A stretch of DNA of 64,000 bases. It comes from Octopus vulgaris (taxonomy: Eukaryota). The first letter of the stretch is position 1. Each line of letters starts with the position of its first letter. The notes beneath the pieces are model-generated. The model was given only the letters and a program-made list of their open reading frames with translations. It was not told the DNA's origin and searched no databases. The translations under genes and the position numbers were made by a program. The stretch spans positions 19,158,001 through 19,222,000 of the forward strand of contig OX597818.1 in NCBI GenBank assembly GCA_951406725.2. The letters run 5' to 3'. Below are positions 38,111-51,926 of the stretch, in pieces.

Positions 38111-38470
38111 GGAGTGGCTGTGTGGTAAGTAGCTTGCTTACAAAACACATGGCTCCGGGTTCAGTCCCACTGTGTGGCACCCTGGACAAGTGTCTTCTAT
38201 TATTGCCTCAGGCCAACCAAAGCATTGTGAGTGGATTTGGTAGACGGAAATTGAAAGAAGTTTGTCGTATGTATGTATGTGTGTGTCCCCACAACATCGC
38301 TTGACAACTGATGCTGGTGTGTTTACGTCCCTGTAACTTAGCAGTTCGGCAAAAGAGATTGATAGAATAAGTACTAGGCTTACAAAGAATAAGTCCTGGG
38401 GTTGATTTGCTTGACTAAAGGTGGTGCTCCAGCATGGCCACAGTCAAATGACTGAAACAAGTAAAAGAGT
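38111..38470 (+). mobile_element. tRNA-derived SINE, family B
   Basis: Near-identical to 22841-23222 and 42411-42790. Confidence 0.88.
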
Positions 38471-39291
38471 ATAGGCACAAGGCCACACATCTTGGGGAAG
38501 GAGAAAAGTCAAAAGTCCATTAGGTTAACATCAATGGTTGATTAATATTTTATCAACCCCAGAAGGGTGAAAGGCAAAGTTGGTATCAGTGGGATTTGAA
38601 CTCAAAATGTAAAAGAATGCAAAAGGCTTTCTGTCTGATACTCTGCTGAATCAGCCAACACACAGTTCTAACAATCATTATAATAATTCTAATTTTGGCA
38701 CAAGGACAGCAATTTTCAGAAGAAAGTGGGAAGTTGATTACATCAAAACCAGTGCTCAACTGGCACTTATTTTATTGACCCTGGAAGGAAGAAAGGTGAA
38801 GCTGACCTCAGTGGTGTTTGAACTCAAAATGTAAAGAGCCAGATGAACTGCTGCTAAGCATTTTGTCTTATGTAGTAATGAGTCTAACTCAAGTGAAAGG
38901 CCACAGATTTTGTGGAAAGGAATTAGTTACTTATATCAAAACTGGAACTCCATTGGTTGTGACGGCACTGAGGGTTCCAGTTAATCTAATCAATGGAACA
39001 GTCTGCTCTTGAAATTAATTTGTAAGTGGCTGAGCACTCCACAGACATGTGTGCCTTTGATGTAGTTCTCAGGGAGATTCAGCATGACATAGAATGTGAC
39101 AAGGCTGGCCCTTTGAAATACAGGTACAAATAATTTTTGCCAGCTGAGTGGGGTGGAGCAACATGATGTAAAGTGTCTTACTGGAGGACACAATATACCA
39201 CCAGGTATTGAACTGATGACCTTACTGTCATGAGCTGAATATCCTAAACACTAAGCCACATGCCTTATCTCAACCCACTACTTGACAGATG

Positions 39292-39600
39292 TGGAGGCAC
39301 ATGGCCTAGTGATTAGAGCAGCGGACTCACGGTTGAGGGATCACGGGTTCAAATCTCAGACCGGGCAATGTGTGTGTTTATGAGCAAAACACCTAAGCTT
39401 CACATGGCTCCGGCAGAAGGTAATGGCAAACTTCTGTTGATTCTTTCGTCACAACTTTCTCTCACACTTTCCTCCTGCATCTTGCAGCTCACCTGCAATG
39501 GACCAGCGTCCTGTCCCGGTGGGGAACCTATACGCCAAGGAAACCGGGAAACCAGCCCTTATGAGCCAGGCATGGCTTGAGAAGGAACAGACAAGACAGA
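39292..39600 (+). mobile_element. tRNA-derived SINE, family C (related heads at ~36225, 37399, 40418, 46650)
   Basis: GTGGAGGCACATGGCCTAGTG...GGTTCAAATCTC A/B-box head followed by GAGCAAAACAC. Confidence 0.7.
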
Positions 39601-41652
39601 CTATTTGACAGATGCTTTTTCATTGGCCCAAAAAGGATGAAAGGCAAAGTGACCACAATGTAATTTGAACCCAGAACATAAAGAGTTAGAACAAATGCTG
39701 CAAATCATTTTGTCCAACACTATGTATTCTACTCATTTACTACCTAAACATTAATCATATTAATTTTGTTATTTTTCAAACTGTAAAGTAGAAAATAAAA
39801 TCCTAAAGCATCTTGGGAGGGTCATTGAACCAATAATTAATTTTGAAACTGGCAAGAAATGAAACACTGAAAATTAATTGTCATGTAAATGCATTATTCT
39901 TAAAAATAATCAACAAATTCCTGTTTTATTTTGCTTTTTTTTTTCATAATAATAATTTTTTTATTTATTCTGGGAAGCATATAAAAATGGGAAATGGTTT
40001 ACCAATAAATTACTTTATAAGCTTCTCTGTGAGGAAATTACAAAATTATGAGTGGGACATAAAAACAGCAACAACTTAGTAGAGATGCAGTTTCATTACT
40101 TCTTTCAGAAAATAAATTCCATTTATTGTAATGTTGCTTTTCACCTAGGAACTATGAGTGCTTCTAACTTTAATATTAACTCAAATCATAAATCGTAATG
40201 CTAAATCCTAAACTCAAGGTTTATAATGAAATAAGATGAATATAATTAAATTTTAATAATGGACATGTTTAACTGTGTTTGAATTCTCAAATGAAAAATG
40301 AATATAAACAATATGAAGTGGGAAAGATATAACCTTACTGAATCCAGTTCTGAAACTTCTGTGTGTGTACAACAAACACTCATTAGATGTGTGTTTGTAT
40401 ATGTATATATGAGGATTCATGGCCTGGTGGTTAGAGTGTCTCACTGACAATCTAGCGATTGTGACTTCAGTTTCCTAGACTGGGTCAGCATTGTATTCTT
40501 GAGCAAAACACTTCATCTCACAATGCTCTGCAATCACTTTGCCACCTGATACATGGCACACCGTGCACCTGTTCAGACTACGTTTATTTGATGGAGAGAG
40601 TGAATTAATGTGCAGCATGAGCATTTGATCACTATAAACAAATCATTTGTGCATTTCGTTCAGCAAAAAGCTGAATGCTCATACATCTTCTTTGATGGGA
40701 AAGTCCATCATAAATATATGTATGTATATGCCATTTTGACCTAAGGCCAGCAATTCTAATGGAAGGGGCAAGTTGATAATATCAACTCCAACAAAGAATA
40801 AATCAATATCAGCAGAACAGGTTCTTCAGAAATAATAAAAGAAAATTTTTACCAACAGCTGAATGTTAGAGGACTAATGTGCCAGATGCTGAAGGAGTAG
40901 GGAACTTCTGATCTGATATTTGGAGCAAAGAATTTAAGCATAACAGTAATGCGGACTGGTTATAAAAATTTGTAACCAGATGATGTTCAGGAGTTTTGGC
41001 TTAAAAATCTCTCAAGCATGCAGTTATATACAACTATTTTTTACTAACAGTATAGTAAATGAAACACCAACATGGATGAGAAAAGGGAGCGGGGATCAGT
41101 AATTCTAGGTTTATTACAGGATTAATATTACTCTATTAATGACTCTACTCATGACAGACGGATTGTACAGCTTTCTGAAAAAGGAGAATCTATTACCAGA
41201 GAAGTAAAATAATGATGATGATGATGATGATGATGATAATGATAATGATAATGATGATGAGTTCACAAATTTTGTGGGAAGATAATGTAAACAGAAGAGG
41301 GCCTGTCCATTCCTTGTATGTTTTATGTTTTTCATCAATCTATGAAGTTTGAATAAAAATCCAAGGTGTAAATGGCATGCATAAACTCTTAGGTTTCTAC
41401 AATATGTAAAAACTAGTTCACCACAAAATGGAATTGCTTTGGAATGATATGAATGTGAAATGATATGTCCACAAGCAATACATTTACAAAAAGGTATGAT
41501 GGATTTCTCCAAGTAAAGCTTACAGATACCATATTTTCACACTTTTTACCCACCCCTCTCCAGTATTATATTACTGTTTTCATCAAAATATTAATTAGTC
41601 AGTTCTTAAAAAAAATAATTAATCATTATTTGAACACTCATTTGAAGAGTGT

Positions 41653-41915
41653 TCAGAAACGATTTGATGCTCTGAAATCTTCAGCCATTATTTCATCATA
41701 CGGTGGAGGGGCAGGGCCTGGGCTATTTTCATATCTGTCGTATGGTGGTAGATGAGGTTGAATTACAAAATTTGGTCTTGTGATGATATTACTTTGTGGT
41801 CTGTTATCAATTGGTTCTTGCATTCCTTTCTTCTTTTTCGCATGAACTGCCATCAAAACACCAACAATTCCACTAAATATCAAGAAACATCCAACTGCCA
41901 CAGACACTACAACAA
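41653..41915 (-). CDS. Cys-rich type-I membrane protein, terminal exon (TM plus PY-motif tail)
   Basis: TTTTCAG| VVVSVAVGCFLIFSGIVGVLMAV-HAKKKK ... LPPY ... PPPY ... TGA; phase-1 start. Confidence 0.88.
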
Positions 41916-42410
41916 CTGAAAAAGAAGATGAATATATTGTTGAAATCATAAGAATTTAGAAAATTTGAGAAGGTGAAATAATTCTTTTTAGGAACAGTGA
42001 CTCTTGAAGCAAATAATGCTATAAATAATAGATTTAATTACTTATAGAGAACAAATAGAATTTCTAAAAATCCCTTATTTGTAAATCAAGAAGTTATGAA
42101 AGGAAGGGTGTCTTTCTGTAAATCCAGAATTTAAAGTATACTTCTGAATTTGCAAAGTAAAAACTCATTATTCTACTCAGCACCCAACCTTAGTTACTTA
42201 AAATGAGCTCCTATTTAAGAATAAAAACAATTGTGGCACCAGCTTTTCTAGTACCAGATTTTATCATGGTGTCAATGGCAAATTATAAGTTTTAAAAATT
42301 TGCATTAAAATAAGTGTGTTTCATTACAAATGGCCACATGTTTCACATTACATTTGCTTCAAAAGTCCATACAGTGAAGCATGGCAATTTGTAAAAAAAG
42401 CTATTCAATA

Positions 42411-42790
42411 GGTGCAGGAGTGGCTGTGTGGTAAGTAGCTTGCTTACCAACCACATGATTCCGGGTTCAGTCCCACTGCGTGGCACCTTGGGCAAGTGTC
42501 TTCTACTATAGCTTCGGGCCGACCAAAGCCTTGTAAGTGGATTTGGTAGACAGAAACTGAAAGAAGCCCGTCGTATATATGTATATATATATATATATGT
42601 TTGTGTGTCTGTGTTTGTCCCCCTAGCATTGCTTGACAACCGATGCTGGTGTGTTTATGTCCCCGTAACTTAGCGGTTCGGCAAAAGAGACCGATAGACT
42701 TACAAAGAATAAGTCCCGGGGTCGATTTGCTCAACTAAAGGCGGTGCTCCAGCATGGCCGCAGTCAAATGACTGAAACAAGTAAAAGAGT
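42411..42790 (+). mobile_element. tRNA-derived SINE, family B (young)
   Basis: Near-identical to 22841-23222 with CpGs retained. Confidence 0.9.
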
Positions 42791-42948
42791 TAAAGAGTAA
42801 TAATAAATAACAAGTATTCAGCTAATCCATGCTAGCAAGAGAACATAGATATAAAAATGAAGAAATGAATCAGCAGCATTTCAATACCGCGTTCTCATGG
42901 CATTCTCACCTCTACAAGAATATAAATTGAAAGAAAGTCATTACGTAC

Positions 42949-43154
42949 TACTAAATGTATTGGATACTTTCAGAGGGTGTTCTTCAGTTGTGACTTCTGG
43001 TTTGATTGTGACCTTAGTCAAATATGAACAGCTGTTTTTGAAGAAAGTGCTTTTCACACCATGTTGATAGACGTTTCTCATGAACTGATAATCTTTCAAA
43101 TTACAGACTTTCCTAGTTAAATCCAAACTGCAGTGAATGGTTTCATCCAGAGAA
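42949..43154 (-). CDS. Cys-rich membrane protein exon (repeat 2d plus stalk, 206 nt)
   Basis: Encodes SLDETIHCSLDLTRKVCN...NSCSY...TFS. Boundaries TACTAG|...|GTACGT, phase 2 to 1. Confidence 0.82.
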
Positions 43155-45068
43155 CTAGTAAAAAAACAAAATAAAAACATGATACATCAATAATAGTGAT
43201 CTGGTATGTTTGGTTCTACAAAGCATTTGTCAAACTTCTCACAAGTTAGACAAGTATGTTATCATGCAATTTTAGGCCTTTGAGTGACTTATATAGTCTA
43301 TCAGTTCACATTTGCATCGTGCAAGTGGTATTTGAAGACACTTGATTATCAGTATATAACTCTCTTCAAACCAATTTTCATTTCATTTGCACCCCACGAC
43401 AGATAAAATGTTAACATGAGAAATGAAGATATGCAATCATTTTCACCATAAGTGCAAAACACTGTGATTTAGCGAATTCCAACTTTCTAAATGTACACAA
43501 AATTCAGATGGAATTGCAAACCTCTGGTAAGAATGTTTCAACAGTATCAAAGAGAAAAACATCTGGACACTATAAGGACAGCACAATTCATTCAATGGAT
43601 TCAAAACATTACACAGTGTAACACATCCATCTTTCCCACTCACAATTCCTAGGAGGTTCATTGGGGTAGAGTCCTCAGGTCCCTTCTCCATAAAGTCCTA
43701 TTAGAAGCAAGTGATAAAATATCAGCCCTCATCCCATTCTTTGATATTCATTCATCTTCTCTGCCCCTTATTCCTGGGAGGGTCATTGGGGTAAAGTCTG
43801 CAGGTGCATGCCCCATAGGGTCTTATCACTACTAACTGTCAGCTCGATTCCCAAACATGATCAATTGAAACTATGGATATCATCCAATCATCTTGTCCTT
43901 AGTCTACTCCTAGGCTCCTGCTTGTTAGCTCAGCTTGAAGAATCCATTTGGCAATTACTTCCTGTGGTATTTTAGTCACATGTTCTTAGTCTGTGACCTC
44001 TCAATATGGAGAAATAGCAGTTCAATCTACAGAAACTCTGTAAAGTATAGTGCAAATTCAAAAGCAAAAATAAATCAGTCTGTTAACTATTTATTTTGAA
44101 AAATTTCTCTTCCAGTCTGTAAAGCCTAGGTTTCTCTCAAATATATGAGAACAGTATTTCTCAAACGTTTTGTTTTGTTTTTTTTGCTCATGACATCTTT
44201 CTGAATCTAACTTACCTCTTTGGTTCCCTCATGGATGTTATTAGTGGGGAAAAGTATTGCCACTGTCTCTATTATAACTTTAAAAGAATAACCATTCCTT
44301 TCCACATAAAACTGTATATTAGCAAATTTCTCTGGCTTCTACAGTTCCCATTCTTTATCATGAGTCTCCTAAAAAAAAGTGGTAAAAATATGGGGCATCA
44401 AGCTAAACCCCATTTCAGGTTACCTTTAGGTATTCTGAAATCCTTACTATTACCCATGTGCATAGACAGATTTTGATTCCTTATTTGCTTTACACAATTC
44501 CCATAAGACTTCTCTGTATCTCTAATTAAGCTAAAATGATAAATGCTTATGCTGACATCTCATTCTACATTTATTGTGCAAAACATGTAAAACTTATAAG
44601 CTAGTCTTAAGATCTGAAAATTTTCTTTTATAGTGTCACAAAAAATGTCAGTTGTAATACAACCATTCATACTAAGGCATGCATATTTCATACAAGCATA
44701 ATATATACAATGTTTCATCCTAAATGAAGAACAAACTTTGAGGAATCCTTTTGAAAAAATTTGATCCTTGTTGGAGCTAGGGCACCTTGAATTTTGTCAC
44801 AGAACCTATATGTGTACTTTTGATAATACATCACTGCTCATTTCATCCACAAAACTTATATACATACATGTTTTTAAAAGGCTAAAAGGTAAGATAAAAT
44901 TAACTTCTAGTTACCCACTCACCTGGGTAATTTAAAATTGATATTATCTTGTCTCCAAGTAACCTGAATACAATATCAAATTACTGTGTGGTACAGTCAA
45001 ACATATCTAATTTGTAATTGTTACAGCAATTGAAAATCACTAATTAAGAGAAATACTAAAGAACTTAC

Positions 45069-45186
45069 TGACAAGCCTGCATGCTGGTTGTTGAATTGAG
45101 TATCTTCCTTCCTCCTTTAATGAAACAAGCTTTCCGATAATCAGAAAATGGTGTCTGAGTTAAGCAGTAATTGTGAATGAGGACAA
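45069..45186 (-). CDS. Cys-rich membrane protein exon (repeat 2c, 118 nt)
   Basis: Encodes VLIHNYCLTQ...KACF...QACH. Boundaries TTGCAG|...|GTAAGT, phase 1 to 2. Confidence 0.85.
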
Positions 45187-45487
45187 CTGCAAGATGAAAT
45201 GAAGAAATTGGTTTTATTATGATACAACTAATTCTTTCTTATTTTGGCACAAAGCCAGCAATTTTGAGGTGAGTTGGGGAAGTCAATTACATCGACCCCC
45301 CCAGTGCTCAACTGGTACTTATTTCATCACCCCTGAAAGGGATGAAAGGCAAAGTGAACCTTGGCAGCATTTGAACTCAGAATATCAAGGTGGACAAAAT
45401 GCTCTGCAGCATTTTGTCCAGTGTGCTAATGATTCTGCCAGCTTGCCACCTTCATAATACTTCTACTAATAATATCATATTACTTAC

Positions 45488-45618
45488 CGCTTCGATCTTG
45501 TTTACAGATGTAGTTTAAAAGTTTGTTATAATAAAAATGTTCAAATAACATTAATTTGTTTGTGCTGTGGCATTCTTCTTTTATTTTCTGTATGCATTTC
45601 TGGAATAGTCCTAAATTT
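45488..45618 (-). CDS. Cys-rich membrane protein exon (repeat 2b, 131 nt)
   Basis: Encodes NLGLFQKCIQKIKEECH...LNYICKQDRS. Boundaries TTTCAG|...|GTAAGT, phase 2 to 1. Confidence 0.85.
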
Positions 45619-45839
45619 CTGAAAATACATGAGCACTAGGAATATACATTCTGTGGAGTTATCTTTATTGAGTTTTGCATAGCTATGTACAATTAAATGT
45701 GAGTTACACCTGAGCAAACAGACCTATGATCAAAGTTATTCCTGCCATGACAATCCTGATGTTATTTTTATAAGTATGTTCAAGAGGTTTCTAGGACTAC
45801 ATTGACTGATGCATCCTTTTTCTTTAATGACAACAAGGT

Positions 45840-46330
45840 ATGAATACAGGATGATTTGGCTGATAAATCTAGGAAGCTGGACAACACTGCATTTAAAAGT
45901 GGAGGAAGTTGTGGAAGAGGGAGACCCCAGAAGACATGGGACAAAGTACTGAAGGCTAATCTCAAAACACTGAACCTTACGAAGGAGATGACAGAGGGCT
46001 GAGATATGCGGTGCATTGCTATACTCAAGAAAACCTGTCCACCACAAAAGAGTTGAGACCCTAAAACCAAGGAGCCAAATAACGTGCATTGGTGTGGGTG
46101 CTGGTGCCATGTAAAAAAGCACTGGTGCTGATGCCACATAAAAAGCACCCAGTAAACTCTGTGGAGTGGTTGGTGTTAAGAAGGGCATCCAGCTATGGAA
46201 ATCAAGCCAAAACACACTACAGAGCCTGGTGAGGCTTCTGACCTTGCCATTTCCTGTCAAGTTATCCAACCTATGCTAGCATGGAAAATGGATGTTAAAT
46301 GTTGCTGCTACTGCTGCTGATGATGATGGA
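45840..46330 (+). mobile_element. RTE-clade LINE, 3' fragment
   Basis: Encodes GRGRPQKTWDKVLK, followed by the shared RTE 3' UTR and a (GAT)n tail. Confidence 0.75.
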
Positions 46331-47567
46331 TGGGATATTTTGCTGTATCTGTTCTGGTCCTTTGTGTTCTTACAGCAGCACACTTGTGATGACTACAGTA
46401 CCAAATAAAAATAAACCCACTATCAAAGATCCAGGTTGGTAAAGTGGACAGATCTGCTAGCTATAGGTTGACAGTTTGCATCATGTTTAAAACCTAGATA
46501 TTTCATTTGCACTGGCTCAGGACACTTAACTGCAAAGAGTACCTAGGCTGTAGTGACAGACAAACAAAACCAAATTTATCCAAGGTCAGAAAGTAAAGGC
46601 AGTGTACATATGAGCATTGTGTAATTGAGAGAATATTGTAAGGAGTGTGAAGGCATGCAGTTTAGGGGTTGGGGTAAAAAACTTGCAATCATCAGGTCAT
46701 GGGTTCAATTTCTGGTGGTGCATTGTTTCCTTGAGTAAGACACTTTATTTCACATTGCTCCAGTCCACTCAGCTGGTAAAAATCAAAACGTACATGTAAT
46801 TCAAAGAGCTGGCCTTATCATATTGAATCTCTCTGAGAACTATGTTAAGAGTACATGTGTCTGTGGTGGACTCAGCCACTTGTATGTTAATTTCATGAGT
46901 AGGCCTGTTCCATTGATCAGATCAACTGGAACCCTCATCATCATAACCAATGGAGTATTTGTTTAAAAAAAGTGTAGGGAGCATCTCTAAGTTTCAGCAT
47001 CATTTTTCAGTAAAATTTTTTAATAATATTCAGTCTACCATGAAGTTAAAAAAGACTGAGGCCCATTGCTCTCTTGTTTTTAAACAAAGTAAGAACATGG
47101 CACATATAGTCCAAGTTATAGAAAGCTATGGGAGGGCCACAGCTGGAAAGCTTTTGATCATATGTCTGCTGAATCAGTCATGAACTGGAGATAAATAACA
47201 ATATAAAAGCATACATGAGGAATACTATAAACAATATTTCATTTACCATGACCTGACAGAAGTCCAAAATACTGGACATTCATACTACACCAAAGATATT
47301 AAGCATATACCTGATGTCAACAATGGAAACAGTCATACACTTGGTTACCTACTTACCTCTTGATCAAGTAATAGGCACTTAGTATTGGATCACTGAATAA
47401 TTTACAAGTTTTCCATTAGCCAGCTTGTGACAGAGGTGCCAACATTCACTGCAGTCCAGTTTCAGTTACAGCATCAATATACTGAAGTGAATATGAACTT
47501 AAAAAAAAGACTTTAAAATTAAAAAAAAAAAAGAATGTGGTAATGACTTAACACACACACACATACA

Positions 47568-47605
<38 letters not shown>

Positions 47606-47712
47606 TGCACGCATGCATGTGTCTATGTGTCTGTGTCATTGTGTGCATGTATATATATATATGTATATATATATCTTTAAAGGTATTTTTTAATATGCTA
47701 GCCATCCTACAT

Positions 47713-47772
<60 letters not shown>

Positions 47773-48002
47773 TATATGCATTTGTATATATATATATGTG
47801 TGTGTGTATATATATATGTGTGTATGTATATATGTGTGTATGTATGTGTGCATGGGTGTAGGTGTGTAGGTATGTGTGTGCATGTGTATATATACGTATA
47901 TATATGCATTAATATATATATATATATATATATATACCAGAGTAAACACATAAATGTGAAACAAGGTGGAAAAAAGAGTACTCAAATACCAGTGGTAGAG
48001 TA

Positions 48003-48128
48003 ATATGCTTTATATAAAAGCAGCAGATCGGACAGTTTTTGCTAGCAAAAACTGTCCGAAGAACGGGAACATGAAACTCAGAGTAACAGGTTTTGTTGAA
48101 TTTTCTGCTGCTTTTAAATAAAGTATAT
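48003..48128. mobile_element. Palindromic hammerhead-bearing element, left arm partly deleted
   Basis: Outer inverted repeats ATATGCTTTATATAAAAGCAGCAGA / TCTGCTGCTTTTAAATAAAGTATAT. Central perfect palindrome TCGGACAGTTTTTGCTAGCAAAAACTGTCCGA. Set in (TA)n. Confidence 0.7.
48052..48089 (+). ncRNA. Type-I hammerhead ribozyme motif (core CCGAAGA)
   Basis: Reads CTGT-CCGAAGA-ACG GGAA CAT-GAAA-C TCAGA GTA-ACAG. Stem I is CTGT/ACAG and the cleavage triplet is GUA. Confidence 0.6.
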
Positions 48129-49164
48129 ATATATATATATATACCAAATGCAATTAAGATTCAGTTGAATTAGGTATTTAAATTGAGGTACCTTGTTAAG
48201 TCTGAGTAACATGCATACTCAACAATATTAAGTGAATATCAAACTTGGTGCATAAGCGCTGGCCACTTGATATTCTTGCTGTGTATGCAAATAATAAGAC
48301 TCAACTGCGTGTAGAAATCTGCGCTTAGCTATTCAGACATGTACTTTATATTAAAAATACTGTCTGTAATATTTACGAAGCATAGATTCCAGGATAGGTG
48401 AATAAAATATGAGTAGCAAAGGAGTACCTTTTTGTTACTTATATTTTATATATATAGAATTGAGAATCAAATAATTGAATGGAGAATCATACATCATTTA
48501 ATCAGCTTATGAAGGTTTCATTTATTGGCAAGCTTCACTGTTCAAAATTCTGCAGTGCAGTAACCAGGCATAGTAGTCAAATCCATATTTGATTGACTAA
48601 GATTTTATGAAGTGAGAGAAATTTAACAGCATCTTATCCTTGTCAAAGCTATACCACACTGATTGGAATAGAGAATATTTTTTAGGGAGTTTGTAATAAT
48701 AATTACTAACAATATTTGACCAGTATAAGGAGTTGAGAAGTAGTTCAACAGATCTGCTTAGGAATTGTGCTTATCAGGTCATAACAAAATTGTAATATGA
48801 TACTTAGTTTCTTCAATCCTACTTGGTAACTTGAAGAATGTTTATGGCAAAATTCCTACCCTATTTAAACTAATATTGACCAATTCAAATACCCAGAGAA
48901 GGTATATAGAACCAAGCTTTTCAGTAGATATATTGAGTTACAATGGAAATGTCATTTGATCAGCATTAATCATAAATATAAACTATGAGTTGAAGACAGT
49001 TTGAGTTAATGTGAATTTTAAAGGAAAATAAACTAGGAAGAAAGTCTATTTCAAATAAATTATTTTTCTTAAAGGAATAAATATTTAGAAATTCAAATAA
49101 TACTATTAAGATCAATTAAGATTAAAAATATAATTAAAATTAAATTAAAAATAACTAAACAATC

Positions 49165-49173
49165 TAATAATAA

Positions 49174-49229
<56 letters not shown>
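49165..49229. repeat. (AAT)n microsatellite
   Basis: Directly visible. Confidence 0.95.
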
Positions 49230-49295
49230 TCAACAAAAATAGTAATAACATAACAATGATAGTGACAAAATTAAGATAACTAAAATGATTAGATA

Positions 49296-49332
49296 AGTTT
49301 CTCGTTGCCGTTCATCAGACAGTTTTTGCTAG
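49296..49332 (-). ncRNA. Truncated hammerhead motif, same family as 48052-48089
   Basis: Minus strand reads CTAGCAAAAACTGT-CTGATGA-ACG GCAA CGA-GAAAC. The core is canonical but the 3' part is missing. Confidence 0.5.
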
Positions 49333-49346
49333 AATATATACACATG

Positions 49347-49383
<37 letters not shown>

Positions 49384-49857
49384 CATTTAATGTTCATTTC
49401 CCACACTGGCATGGGTTAGATGGTTTGACAAGTGCCGGTAAGATGGAGACCTACACCAGTCTCCAGTTATCTGTTTTGGCTTGGTTCCTGTGGCTGGATG
49501 CCCTTCTTAACACCAACCACTCTACAAAGTATACTGGTTGCGATTGACACAGGTGCCTTTTATGTCATCAGCATGGGTGCTTTTTACATGTTACAAGTAC
49601 AGGTGCCTTTTACTTGTCAGCTTTTTATCATTAAGGGTGTCAAAAATCACCCTCCTCACAAGCAAATTTAGTGAAGTTACTGGTTTAATTGCTAATGGCC
49701 TAACAAAACTCAAGTTGTGCTGGCTTACAGTGTTACCTGTAGCAGGCCTCTGGTTATCAGATCAATACTATATTTTCTTCTCTCTTTGAAAACCTGGCAA
49801 CTTAAATTATCATATCATACATTAAATTTTTATCAAAAACTGTGTTGTATAACTTAC

Positions 49858-50005
49858 TTGCAAAGGAAATTTAGTTTTTGCTCATTCAGTTTTGGTAAAG
49901 GATTCAACATTAACTGTTTAAGATCTTTGCTAGAGAATCCAATATGAGCTGCACAAGTATTGCTTTCAGTTTCAACATTATGCAAAGAACATTTATATTC
50001 TTTTC
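49858..50005 (-). CDS. Cys-rich membrane protein exon (repeat 2a, 148 nt)
   Basis: Encodes KEYKCSLH...NTCAAHIGF...LNFLCK. Boundaries TTTCAG|...|GTAAGT, phase 1 to 2. Confidence 0.87.
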
Positions 50006-50420
50006 CTGAAAATAAAAGGAAAACGATAAAAATCATTAATGACCTATAGGGACATGATATTACATTATGCAACTATAATATACTACAAAGTATATGAAAT
50101 GTTTTTTTAAGTCAATACTGTGTATTCCTGTGTTAGCAGTGCTATTACAAGGTTATCTCTCTCTTTACTCTTTACTCTTCTACTTGTTCTTGGATTGCAA
50201 GGTCTTAGCATATGTACAGTGTATATATATATATATGTGTATATATAGACATATATATGTCTGTTGCTGTTTAACCCCAGGCCAGCACGTATTGAGTTGA
50301 TCTGTGACCAAAGATATTTTAACTATTACCATCCCTTATTTAAGAGTATGTAGGCCTAGGTCATCTAATGTGTCCTTCACTTATTTAAGTGAGTCAGGTG
50401 TCATTTGACTGATATTTCTA

Positions 50421-50649
50421 GGCGGCGAGCTGGCAGAATCGTCAGCACGCCGGGCGAAATGCCTAGCCGTATTTTGTCTGCAGTTACGTTCTGAGTTCAA
50501 ATTTCGCCGAGGTTGACTTTGCCTTTCATCCTTTCGAGGTTGATTAAATAAGTACCAGTTACGCACTGGAGTCGATGTAATCGACTTAATCCGTTTGTCT
50601 GTCCTTGTTTGTCCCCTCTATGTTTAGCCCCTTGTGGGTAATAAAGAAA
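50421..50649 (+). mobile_element. Young SINE family A copy with TSD
   Basis: GGCGGCGAGCTGGCAGAA...GGGTAATAAAGAAA, flanked by GATATTTCTA direct repeats. Confidence 0.92.
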
Positions 50650-51189
50650 CAGATATTTCTAGTAGGTAAGTGACTATGTAGAAGATAGCTCATTGGTTTG
50701 AATGCATCTGAAATGTGTCACTATGGTGAAGTTTGTTTCTAATATCAAATTCACAATCCATCCATGATTAGAACCCCATGCCATATACACTTTACACAAT
50801 TTAGGCTCACAACACATAAGAAATACATCGCTACACAATTACTTTTCCTCAACACGACTGCTCTGTTGAACATTATTCCCAAAACATATCAAAGAAGAAA
50901 AGGATCACATCCCCTGCAAACAATATCTGAAAAATTTCTTCAGGGGATATCAGACAAACTACTGATACCTGGATACATATTAATCAGCAGCTTCTTATTT
51001 GAATGAGTCATGATACCACAAAACTTAACTTAAAAATGACTCAACAGGTGGTGTTAAGTTACACAAGGCCTAAATCAACTTTTGGCCAGAATATATCTAA
51101 GTTTATCCTAGTTTATCTTTCACTTGTTTCAGTCATCAGGGCCATGTTGGGGCCATGATGGACCACTGCCTTGACCAGTGGGTTGGCGG

Positions 51190-51612
51190 GGGGGCTCTGA
51201 TTATCATCTCTGAAACTTTGAAGCAGAAATGCTGTGGCAAGCTGAGCCATGAAGTCCTGTTTTTGCAGGACAATGCACCAACACACCGTACGCAAAAACT
51301 CTGGAAAATATGCAACTTTGGCTTCGAATTGGTTGACCACCCACCTTACTCTCCTGACTTGGCCCTCTCCAACTATCACCTCTTTCCATAACTGAAGAAA
51401 TATCTCAAGGGAACAGAATTTCATTCCAATTTGGAAGTGATCGCTGCTACAGAGGCTCAACATTTCAAGTCCTTTTTACAGGGCTTAGAAAACTGAAGGA
51501 CTGCTGCAATATGTGTGAATCTGAGAGGGGAATATATTGAATAAAATCATAATTAACTAATCCTTCTGTATTTTCTTTTATTCAAAGCAAGGAACTTTTC
51601 AGCACCCCTCCA
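51190..51612 (+). mobile_element. Mariner 3' fragment
   Basis: Encodes FLQDNAPTH...DHPPYSPDLALSNYHLF. Right TIR GGAACTTTTCAGCACCCCTC. Confidence 0.88.
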
Positions 51613-51687
51613 TAGTTTAGTATAACTTTCTCTGTCTGTCTGTCTCTCTCTCTCTCTCCGTTTCTTTCTTTCTGTCTGTCTGTCTGT

Positions 51688-51722
<35 letters not shown>

Positions 51723-51783
51723 ATAAAATTTCTCATATTCTCTGTTAAAAGAAATAAAGACAGAGTGATAATTTGAAATTTAC

Positions 51784-51926
51784 CTCTGTTGGAGAATTTA
51801 CATGTTCCTGGGGGCAGAGGCAAAGCAAGTTCAGTCTCCAGCAATACTTTCATAAAACCTGCTGCCTTTGGACCACACGATCGCTCAATCCAGTTAGCTA
51901 CACACGTAGTTATCTTATCAATTTTA
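51784..51926 (-). CDS. Cys-rich membrane protein exon (repeat 1d, 143 nt)
   Basis: Encodes KIDKITTCVANWIERSCGPKAAGFMKVLL...GTCKFSNR. Boundaries TTTCAG|...|GTAAAT, phase 2 to 1. Confidence 0.87.

Noticed and set aside
47357-47481. Possible extra exon of the minus-strand gene (good GTAAGT donor)
   Set aside because: Stops occur in all frames from both candidate acceptors, and the flanking exons 49858 and 45618 already join in phase.
50421-50510. tRNA gene candidates (A/B-box heads here and in other SINEs)
   Set aside because: They continue into SINE bodies with TSDs and lack a complete cloverleaf.
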